This document shows positions 8,269 through 14,543 of a stretch of 32,536 bases of DNA, in pieces (the first letter of the stretch is position 1; every line of letters begins with the position of its first letter). The position numbers were made by a program, and so were the translations under genes. The stretch lies in contig JBDRWH010000002.1 of NCBI GenBank assembly GCA_039802325.1, forward strand, positions 1-32,536, written 5' to 3'. This DNA comes from a candidate division WOR-3 bacterium. Its GTDB lineage: Bacteria; Hydrothermota; Tepidihabitantia; SM23-42; JAOAFX01. The notes beneath the pieces were generated by a model. That model was not told the origin of the DNA, did not search any database, and worked only from the letters and a program-made list of their open reading frames with translations.

Positions 8269-9081
8269 ATGGGTTATGAAAGTTTTTATAAATTAAGGGA
8301 ACATCCATTCAGTTTCACAACGGATGAGAAGTTTTATTATAATTCACCACAGCATGCCAAGGCATTGGCAAAACTTACGCATGCGGTGGAAACAGAAAAA
8401 GGTCTGGCGTTACTGATCGGTGATATTGGCACCGGCAAGACAACTCTTTCACGGAGATTACTTGATCAGTTAATCAGCAATAGTGTAGAAGCAACACTTC
8501 TGGTTATTATACATTCTGAGATTACCTCTCTGTGGTTTCTTAAGAAAATCTCCCTGATGCTGGAAACTCCGGTTGAATCAGAGAACAAGATTGAAATAAT
8601 CACAGCAGTGTACCATAGATTGCTTGATCTTACAGGCAAGAATAAGAAGGTTGTAATTTTGATTGATGAGGCGAATATGTTACAGAGAAAAGATTTAATG
8701 GAAGAAATCAGAGGACTGCTGAATCTTGAATCAGAGCGGGGTAAACTTCTGAATTTTATCCTTTTTGGGTTGCCAGAAATGGAAGACTATTTGAAACTTG
8801 ATCCAGCATTGTATCAGAGAATTGCGGTTAGATGTGTGCTTGAAGCGCTTGACCAGGAAACTACTCAGAATTATGTTGTTCATCGTCTCCGCGTGGCTGG
8901 GTGCTCTCGTCCATTGTTTACAGGTGGTGCTATGAAAAGTATTTTTCAATTCTCAAAAGGGATTCCCCGTATGATAAATGCAATATGTGACAACGCATTA
9001 CTTGAAGGTTTTCTTTTGAAAAAGGAAATGGTTGATGAAAAAGTTATTGTTGATGTTTGCCATGATCTTGGCTTAGCTTAA
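8269..9081 (+). CDS. ExeA/GspA/MshM-family AAA+ ATPase, stand-alone ATPase domain (module copy 2)
   Basis: Paralog of 5557-6378: 40 of the first 70 residues are identical in an ungapped hand alignment. Walker A GDIGTGKT, Walker B VILIDEA, and C-terminal GIPRMINAICDNALLEG. Confidence 0.8.
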   Translation: MGYESFYKLREHPFSFTTDEKFYYNSPQHAKALAKLTHAVETEKGLALLIGDIGTGKTTLSRRLLDQLISNSVEATLLVIIHSEITSLWFLKKISLMLETPVESENKIEIITAVYHRLLDLTGKNKKVVILIDEANMLQRKDLMEEIRGLLNLESERGKLLNFILFGLPEMEDYLKLDPALYQRIAVRCVLEALDQETTQNYVVHRLRVAGCSRPLFTGGAMKSIFQFSKGIPRMINAICDNALLEGFLLKKEMVDEKVIVDVCHDLGLA

Positions 9082-9106
9082 GGTTTTTCTGTGTTTATTT
9101 GAGAAA

Positions 9107-9946
9107 TTGGCTGATTTCTACGCAGATTTACATATCCATACCTTGTATTCAGACGGAGTTCTTGAACCTCAGGAAATAGTTGACATTGCGAGAAAATCCA
9201 GGGTATCAGTTATTGCCATTACTGATCATGATTCAGTTGCAGGTATTGAGGAGGCAATTCTTAGCAGCAAAGACAAGGTTGAAGTTATTCCTGCAGTTGA
9301 GTTGAGCGCCAATATTGGAAGTCGTGATATCCATATCCTTGGATACTATATTGACCATCATTGCCAGGATTTTCTGGATTATCTTGAGGAATTCAAGGAA
9401 TACAGACTAACACGGGCAAAAAAGATAATTGAAAATCTTGCCCAGGATGGTGTGAGGATTGATTTTTCACAGGTAGAAAGGATTGCTCAGAATAGTTCTA
9501 TGGGACGTCCTCACATTGCCGAGGCATTACTTGAATGTGGATACGTACGCTCGCGTAACGAAGCTTTTTCTCGGTATCTGGGTTATCATTGTCCTTACTA
9601 TGAACCCAAGAAAGAAACGAGTCCCAAGAAAGTCATACAAAAGATAAGAGAGTGCGGTGGAGTTCCAATTGTTGCTCATCCAGGCATGATTGGCGCTGAT
9701 AATGGATTGATTTATAAATTGATAAGTGATGGTGCCCAGGGCATTGAAGTGTGGCATCCTGAACACACGCATAAACAGGAAGATGATTTTTATGAGATAG
9801 CGATGAAACACGGCTTGTTGATAACTGGTGGTTCTGATTTTCATGGTTTCCCCCGGGGATATTGTAAGATCGGTGATTGTGGTTGTCAACGCACAGAAAT
9901 TATCAATTTAAAAGAGTGGGCAAAAAGACATTCTGTAAATACCTGA
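9107..9946 (+). CDS. PHP-domain metal-dependent phosphoesterase (TrpH/YciV-like)
   Basis: Motifs DLHIHTLYSDG, ITDHD, HILGY, AHPG and GGSDFHG. TTG at 9107 is the first possible start after the in-frame stop at 9080-9082. Confidence 0.75.
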   Translation: MADFYADLHIHTLYSDGVLEPQEIVDIARKSRVSVIAITDHDSVAGIEEAILSSKDKVEVIPAVELSANIGSRDIHILGYYIDHHCQDFLDYLEEFKEYRLTRAKKIIENLAQDGVRIDFSQVERIAQNSSMGRPHIAEALLECGYVRSRNEAFSRYLGYHCPYYEPKKETSPKKVIQKIRECGGVPIVAHPGMIGADNGLIYKLISDGAQGIEVWHPEHTHKQEDDFYEIAMKHGLLITGGSDFHGFPRGYCKIGDCGCQRTEIINLKEWAKRHSVNT

Positions 9947-9971
9947 ACTATTTGAAAAAAGGAGTAATCGC

Positions 9972-10388
9972 ATGGATTTAGGAGAAATAAAAAGAATTCT
10001 ACCCCATCGTGAACCTTTTTTATTTGTGGATGAAGTCTTAGAAATTAGTGACAAACAAATCGTTGCTCAGCGAAAAATCCGTCAGGAGGAATTTTTCTTT
10101 CAAGGGCATTTTCCCGGTGAACCAATAATGCCTGGAGTATTGATTGTTGAAGCAATTGCCCAGACCGGCGGGGTTATGCTCCTGCGTAAGTATCCTGGTG
10201 CGATTCCTTTATTTATGGGTATTGACAAGGCAAGATTCAGGAAGATTGTGAAGCCCGGTGATACGCTGATTATGGAAGTTGAATTGCTTCAGGAGCGGGG
10301 TACGATTGTAAAGATTTCTGGAATTGCAAAGGTAAATAACGAGGTCGTTTGTGAAGCAGTAATTCTGGCTGGAATAAAAAGGCAGTAA
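9972..10388 (+). CDS. fabZ: 3-hydroxyacyl-ACP dehydratase
   Basis: LPHREPFLFVDEV and GHFPGEPIMPGVLIVEAIAQ hot-dog active-site motifs. AAGGAG RBS. The fabZ-lpxA gene order is the classical one. Confidence 0.9.
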   Translation: MDLGEIKRILPHREPFLFVDEVLEISDKQIVAQRKIRQEEFFFQGHFPGEPIMPGVLIVEAIAQTGGVMLLRKYPGAIPLFMGIDKARFRKIVKPGDTLIMEVELLQERGTIVKISGIAKVNNEVVCEAVILAGIKRQ

Positions 10389-10467
10389 GTAGTAGGCGGT
10401 ATGTAGTAGGTAGTATGTAGTAGGTAGTAAGTAGTAAGGAGTAAGTAGTAGGTAATAGGTAGCAAGA
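10384..10467 (+). repeat. tandem heptanucleotide repeat (AGTARGT), about 12 units
   Basis: Units read directly from the sequence: AGTAAGT AGTAGGC GGTATGT AGTAGGT AGTATGT AGTAGGT AGTAAGT AGTAAGG AGTAAGT AGTAGGT AATAGGT AGCAAGA. The first unit contains the fabZ stop codon TAA (10386-10388). The array ends 11 nt (10468-10478) before the lpxA ATG. Confidence 0.9.
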
Positions 10468-10478
10468 AAGATAGAAAC

Positions 10479-11240
10479 ATGGAAGAGTCAATAATAAGTA
10501 AAGGGGCAAAAGTTCATAAGTCCGTTATTATTGGTCGTTACTCAATCATTGAAAAAGGGGTAGAGATCGGTGAGGGAACAGAAATTGGACACCATGTCAT
10601 AATAAAAAGGGGAACAAAGATCGGGAAGAATAATAGGATATATTCTGGTGTTCAATTAGGAACCGACCCGCAAGATTATCATTTCAAGGGAGAATATTCG
10701 GAGTGCATAATTGGAGATAACAACATAATCAGGGAATATGCAACGATTTCAAGAGCGACCGGCAAAAATAATAGGACCTTGATTGGTAATAACAATTTTA
10801 TTATGACATATGTTCATATTGCCCACAATGTAAAGATTGGCAATAGTGCTATTATTGCAAGTGGTGCTCAGATTGCTGGATATGTTGAAATAGATGATTT
10901 TGCTTATATCGGTGGTCTTGTTGGTATTCATCAATTCTGTCGGGTTGGTAAATATGCAATGCTTGGTGCAAAATCATATTTGAATAAAGATCTACCCCCT
11001 TATCTTTTAGCACGTGGAAATAGGGCAACGGTATATGGTATCAACAGGGTAGGGCTTTTGCGCAATGGTTTTAGCAATCAGGAGATTACAGATATAAAAG
11101 AGATATTTCGTTTAATTTACAGGACAAATAACAATAAAGCAGAAATCATTTCTCACCTGAAAAACAATATCACTAACAAATTTTCCCGAGAAACAACAAA
11201 ATTTATAAAAACTTCGCGCCGGGGCATTATTCTCAGATAG
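10479..11240 (+). CDS. lpxA: acyl-ACP--UDP-N-acetylglucosamine O-acyltransferase
   Basis: Left-handed beta-helix hexapeptide repeats followed by the LpxA-type C-terminal helical domain (IHQFCRVGKYAMLG..., YGINRVGLLRNGFSNQEITDIKEIFRLIY). Located directly downstream of fabZ. Confidence 0.85.
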   Translation: MEESIISKGAKVHKSVIIGRYSIIEKGVEIGEGTEIGHHVIIKRGTKIGKNNRIYSGVQLGTDPQDYHFKGEYSECIIGDNNIIREYATISRATGKNNRTLIGNNNFIMTYVHIAHNVKIGNSAIIASGAQIAGYVEIDDFAYIGGLVGIHQFCRVGKYAMLGAKSYLNKDLPPYLLARGNRATVYGINRVGLLRNGFSNQEITDIKEIFRLIYRTNNNKAEIISHLKNNITNKFSRETTKFIKTSRRGIILR

Positions 11241-11254
11241 CCCCTGTTCATTTC

Positions 11255-11350
11255 TTATCTTATTTTCTTTTTATGGCGCATTGCCTTTCTTCTTTTCTTA
11301 TATTTGTGTCGTTTAATCTTTCTCAATTTTCTCTTTCTTCCACAAGGCAT
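11255..11350 (-). CDS. 31-aa highly basic peptide, possibly a bS22/mS38(AURKAIP1)-like small ribosomal protein
   Basis: Too short for the ORF track. Hand translation gives MPCGRKRKLRKIKRHKYKKRRKAMRHKKKIR*, with 21 of 31 residues K/R/H. A GGAGG sits 6 nt upstream of the ATG, and the gene has its own TTGACG-N16-TATAAT promoter (11372-11399). Confidence 0.55.
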   Translation of the reverse strand: MPCGRKRKLRKIKRHKYKKRRKAMRHKKKIR

Positions 11351-11371
11351 AGATAACCTCCTTTCTGAAAG

Positions 11372-11399
11372 ATTATATATATTTTTTGTGCTTCGTCAA
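11372..11399 (-). promoter_or_regulatory. sigma70-type promoter TTGACG-N16-TATAAT for the small basic peptide gene
   Basis: Reverse complement of 11394-11399 is TTGACG and of 11372-11377 is TATAAT, with a 16-nt spacer. The 21-nt leader contains AGGAGG. Confidence 0.6.
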
Positions 11400-11428
11400 T
11401 TACAAAAACAGGTTATCTTGAAGAGCGG

Positions 11429-12094
11429 TCATTGAATATTTATCTTTCCGAAATCTTCAATCTTGATACAATCCTTGATAGAAAAGTTACCAACCTTTTC
11501 GCGTTCCAGAAAAAACAAAAATCCATCGGTCCCAATTTTTTGGGCAATATCCTCTGCAAGTTGTCTTATGTAAACGCCCCCTGCACAGGTGATTTTGATG
11601 GCAATAATTGGAATTTTTAAATCAATGAGTTCAATATTGAAGATTTTCACCTTCTTTGTTTTTTCAACTTTTACGCCTTGTCGCGCCAGTTTGTATAATG
11701 GCGTACCTTGATACTTTGCGGCTGAATAAGAAGGAACTTTCTGTTCGGTTTCACCGATAAAAATCTTTAAGATATCTTCAACAAGCGGTCGTCTAATCTT
11801 TACTAACTCCTGAGATTTATCAATGCTGATTTCTCCTGTCACATCCCCGGTTGTTGATTTTGCACCCAGTCTTATACCGGCAGTATAGACTTTTGCCCAG
11901 GTTCTTATCTCTTCAAATTTCTCAGTCGTTTTGCCCAGAAGCAAAAGCACAACACCGCAAGCAAATGGATCAAGTGAACCGCCATGTCCGATTTTCCCCT
12001 TGAAGTTTGTTTTTTTCCTAAAAATTCTTATGATATCAAATGTTGCTGGCCCTACAGGTTTATAAACCGGGATGATGCCATTATGTTGAGCCAT
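11429..12094 (-). CDS. truB: tRNA pseudouridine(55) synthase
   Basis: GHGGSLDPFACG catalytic-Asp motif and a family-typical N-terminus NGIIPVYKPVGPATFD. I prefer the ATG at 12094 (MAQHNG...) because the longer track start at 12148 lies upstream of the predicted promoter. Confidence 0.85.
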   Translation of the reverse strand: MAQHNGIIPVYKPVGPATFDIIRIFRKKTNFKGKIGHGGSLDPFACGVVLLLLGKTTEKFEEIRTWAKVYTAGIRLGAKSTTGDVTGEISIDKSQELVKIRRPLVEDILKIFIGETEQKVPSYSAAKYQGTPLYKLARQGVKVEKTKKVKIFNIELIDLKIPIIAIKITCAGGVYIRQLAEDIAQKIGTDGFLFFLEREKVGNFSIKDCIKIEDFGKINIQ

Positions 12095-12099
12095 GACTA

Positions 12100-12127
12100 A
12101 TTCTACACAAAATTGACTTACAGGCAA
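12100..12127 (-). promoter_or_regulatory. sigma70-like promoter TTGCCT-N16-TAGAAT, 5 nt upstream of the truB ATG (predicted leaderless)
   Basis: Reverse complement of 12122-12127 is TTGCCT and of 12100-12105 is TAGAAT, with a 16-nt spacer. TAGTC then precedes the ATG at 12094. The -35 box is weaker than in the other promoters. Confidence 0.4.
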
Positions 12128-12141
12128 GGATATTGTGAGCA

Positions 12142-12169
12142 TTGACATTGTACATAAATCGCATATAAT
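12142..12169 (+). promoter_or_regulatory. perfect sigma70 consensus promoter TTGACA-N16-TATAAT for the pseudopilin-like gene
   Basis: TTGACA at 12142-12147 and TATAAT at 12164-12169. The promoter lies inside the track ORF that starts at 12135, which argues for the ATG at 12189. Confidence 0.65.
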
Positions 12170-12188
12170 CCAGCGATTTGGAAAATTT

Positions 12189-12518
12189 ATGAGAACCTAT
12201 GCGCTTCTTGGATTTCTGATTGGACTTATCATTGTTGGGATTTTGATCTACAAAGCGGGTACTGTTTATACCCGTGGCACTAAAGAATCGCAGACCGTTG
12301 CTGCCCCAACGGTGCGGGCGAATGTTTTGAGATGTCAAACACAAATAAGAAAGATTGAAGGAGCCATCCAATTATATTATGTGGAGAACAGTAAATACCC
12401 TGAAAGACTTGAGGATTTGCCAGGTGTCCAAATTCAGGAAACATTTTGTCCAATGACCGGTAATCCTTATATATACAATCCTGAAAATGGAACTGTAGTG
12501 TGTTCTGAACATAGATAG
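12189..12518 (+). CDS. small membrane-anchored protein with a GspG/pseudopilin-like globular domain, non-canonical N-terminus
   Basis: The N-terminal hydrophobic helix [21 protein letters not shown] is followed by [31 protein letters not shown]...[11 protein letters not shown]. This resembles the T2SS GspG-type pattern (A..I..A...Y..DNG.YP..L..L ... PY.Y). The prepilin G/FTLIE motif with Glu+5 is absent. Confidence 0.45.
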   Translation: MRTYALLGFLIGLIIVGILIYKAGTVYTRGTKESQTVAAPTVRANVLRCQTQIRKIEGAIQLYYVENSKYPERLEDLPGVQIQETFCPMTGNPYIYNPENGTVVCSEHR

Positions 12519-12536
12519 TTGAATGCTATTTTTGTG

Positions 12537-12564
12537 TTGACAGTCATAAATTAATAAATATAAT
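12537..12564 (+). promoter_or_regulatory. perfect sigma70 consensus promoter TTGACA-N16-TATAAT for rubredoxin
   Basis: TTGACA at 12537-12542 and TATAAT at 12559-12564. The 22-nt leader contains AAAGGGGG. Confidence 0.65.
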
Positions 12565-12586
12565 AAAGTGCTTTAAAGGGGGTATA

Positions 12587-12760
12587 ATGGGCAAATGGCA
12601 GTGCACTATTTGTGGCTATATATATGATCCTGAATACGGGGATCCAGATAATGGTATTGAACCAGGAACGCTTTTTGAACATTTACCAGAAGATTGGGTT
12701 TGTCCTGAGTGTGGTGCAGAGAAAGAGCAATTTGAGCCATATACCGAGGAGGAGTATTAA
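12587..12760 (+). CDS. rubredoxin (57 aa)
   Basis: Below the track length cutoff. Hand translation gives [57 protein letters not shown], with the two diagnostic CxxCG/CPxCG knuckles. The gene has its own promoter and RBS. Confidence 0.9.
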   Translation: MGKWQCTICGYIYDPEYGDPDNGIEPGTLFEHLPEDWVCPECGAEKEQFEPYTEEEY

Positions 12761-12872
12761 GTTTTATATTGGACCACGATTTGTTCGTTGAAACTGTCAA
12801 ACTTTGATCTATTTTCTATTATTGATTAAGCAAGAACAACAGGGAATTTAATTAAACCCAGAGGACGAATAC

Positions 12873-13403
12873 TTGCGTCAAAATAAAATGAATGAGGATA
12901 CTGATCTATCTTTGGTCAGAAAATACAAGGCTGGTGAAGAAAAGGCATTTGATATGTTATTTGAGAAATACCAGCAGCCAGTTTATTCGATTTGCTATAG
13001 ATATGTCAGAAACGATGCAGATGCTCGAGAACTTACCCAGGATATTTTTGTCAAGATTTATAGAAATCTTAAGAAATTTAATGAAAAAAGCAAATTTTTT
13101 ACCTGGGTGTATAGAATTGCGGTCAATACCTGTATTTCGTTCAAAAGAAGTGTGCATAGCGAAATTGTGCTTGATTGTTCAGTATCAAATCCTTCAGAAA
13201 GGAACTTGATTTTGAAAAAGGCGATAGATGATGCCCTGGTAAAGCTACCAGGTCGGCAAAAAATGGCTTTTATTCTCAGACACTATGAAGGATACACATT
13301 TGACGAAATTGGAGAGATAATGGGAATATCTTCAGGTGCGGCAAAGGCGAATCATTTCCAGGCTATTAGAAAACTGAGATCTCTGCTCAAAGACTGGATA
13401 TGA
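12873..13403 (+). CDS. ECF-type (sigma-24 family) RNA polymerase sigma factor
   Basis: Region 2 (ARELTQDIFVKIYRNLKKF, FFTWVYRIAVNTCISF) and region 4 HTH (YTFDEIGEIMGISSGAAKANHFQAIRKLR). The start is ambiguous: TTG at 12873 has GAGGA 7 nt upstream, or ATG at 12888. Confidence 0.85.
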   Translation: MRQNKMNEDTDLSLVRKYKAGEEKAFDMLFEKYQQPVYSICYRYVRNDADARELTQDIFVKIYRNLKKFNEKSKFFTWVYRIAVNTCISFKRSVHSEIVLDCSVSNPSERNLILKKAIDDALVKLPGRQKMAFILRHYEGYTFDEIGEIMGISSGAAKANHFQAIRKLRSLLKDWI

Positions 13404-13472
13404 GAATGAGAGAAGGGAAGTCGCGAATATGAGACGACTTATGAATTCAGTTTTAATAGGCAGGATAATCCT

Positions 13473-14015
13473 ATGAAGGACTGTAGATTCAAAGATAAGG
13501 TCATTGAATATTTTGAAAAATTGATGGATGATAAAGACAAAATAGTCTTTGAAAATCATCTCAAAGATTGCTCTGCCTGTCAGGAACAATTGTCAACAAT
13601 GCAGAAAATCTATGAGATAATGGATAAGGATGAAATTTCTCTTCCTGAGAAGGAATTTTTTGAAAGACTGAAAAATGATATTCGCCGGAAAGAGGTCTAT
13701 GTCAAGAAACCATTCTGGAAAATTTTTGGAATCCTGGCGCCAGTACTTGGAATACTGATATTTATTGTTTTAGTCAATTTCAGAAAAGAACAATCCGTTG
13801 AAATAGCAATTCCTACTTCCTACTTCACGCAGGATGCATATTTGAATACCTTGTTTTTTGAAAGAATAGTAGATAATGGAATTGTGAATCAATTTAATCT
13901 GCTTGATGAATATTTTGTTGTGGATATTGACGAAGGTCTCCAGGAACTGACCACGGAGCAAAAAGAAAAACTTTTGGAGCTTATGAGCAAGAAATATGGA
14001 GAGGAATTTCTATGA
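13473..14015 (+). CDS. anti-sigma factor, zf-HC2 type, single-pass membrane protein
   Basis: HLKDCSACQEQL matches the Hx3Cx2C zinc motif near the N-terminus. There is one TM helix (FWKIFGILAPVLGILIFIVLVNF). The gene lies directly downstream of the ECF sigma gene. Confidence 0.7.
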   Translation: MKDCRFKDKVIEYFEKLMDDKDKIVFENHLKDCSACQEQLSTMQKIYEIMDKDEISLPEKEFFERLKNDIRRKEVYVKKPFWKIFGILAPVLGILIFIVLVNFRKEQSVEIAIPTSYFTQDAYLNTLFFERIVDNGIVNQFNLLDEYFVVDIDEGLQELTTEQKEKLLELMSKKYGEEFL

Positions 14016-14058
14016 AGTTTTTGCAATTTTTGAAAAAATCTAAAATAAGGAGGCGTAT

Positions 14059-14526
14059 ATGAAAAGATTAGTCTTTTTGGCATTGCCGTTGTTGATGTTA
14101 TCTGCCCAGCAGCCTTGTGATGAAAAGGATCCAAGGGAGATAATTGAAAAGGTAAGGATATATAAATTGACCGAAGCACTTGATCTTACTGATGAACAAG
14201 TTACAAAGTTCTTTCCTCGTCTGAAAGAAATGAGAAAAACTGAGCAGGAATTTCACAAGCAGAGACTTGAGATACTTAAGGAGTTGAAGGATTTAATAAA
14301 GGCAAACGCCAAAGAACAGGAAGTAGTTAAAATCTTGGATAAATTTCAGGAATTGCAGAAAAAGAGAATGGTGGCACAAATGGAAGAGATGAAGGATTTG
14401 AAAAGTTTGCTCACTCCACTTCAGCAGGCAAAGTTTCTGATATTTCAGGAAGATTTTGAAAGAGAAATAAGAGATCTGATAAGGGAAGTAAGAGGTCGTC
14501 GTCCCCAACCACCACCAGAAGAATGA
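14059..14526 (+). CDS. periplasmic LTXXQ-motif protein (Spy/CpxP-like)
   Basis: Signal peptide MKRLVFLALPLLMLSAQQ, two LTXXQ motifs (LTDEQ, LTPLQ), and otherwise helical and charged. Strong AAGGAGG RBS. Confidence 0.6.
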   Translation: MKRLVFLALPLLMLSAQQPCDEKDPREIIEKVRIYKLTEALDLTDEQVTKFFPRLKEMRKTEQEFHKQRLEILKELKDLIKANAKEQEVVKILDKFQELQKKRMVAQMEEMKDLKSLLTPLQQAKFLIFQEDFEREIRDLIREVRGRRPQPPPEE

Positions 14527-14543
14527 AAGAATGTAGGTTTCTG

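Noticed and set aside
10384-10467. Possible CRISPR array or other spacer-containing repeat.
   Set aside because: The units are 7 nt and directly abutting with no spacers, and there are no cas genes in the window. This is a microsatellite-type tandem repeat.
10270-10509. Minus-strand track ORFs (79 aa and 63 aa, ...YYLLLTTYYILPTTY...) between fabZ and lpxA.
   Set aside because: They are simply the heptamer array read on the strand where the repeat has no stop codons. They have no RBS or promoter, and they overlap the fabZ 3' end and the lpxA start.
12606-12800. 64-aa minus-strand track ORF.
   Set aside because: It is antisense to a textbook rubredoxin gene that has its own promoter and RBS.
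12843-12871. Possible autoregulated ECF-type promoter (GGAAT-N18-CGAAT) upstream of the sigma factor gene.
   Set aside because: It matches the generic ECF pattern (AAC in the -35, CGT in the -10) only loosely, and the spacing is long. I cannot distinguish it from chance in AT-rich DNA.
13429-13476. 15-codon upstream ORF (MRRLMNSVLIGRIIL) in the sigma/anti-sigma gap, whose TGA overlaps the anti-sigma ATG (ATGA).
   Set aside because: It is too short and lacks a convincing RBS, so I cannot support it from sequence alone. It is worth a look only if the frame is conserved in relatives.
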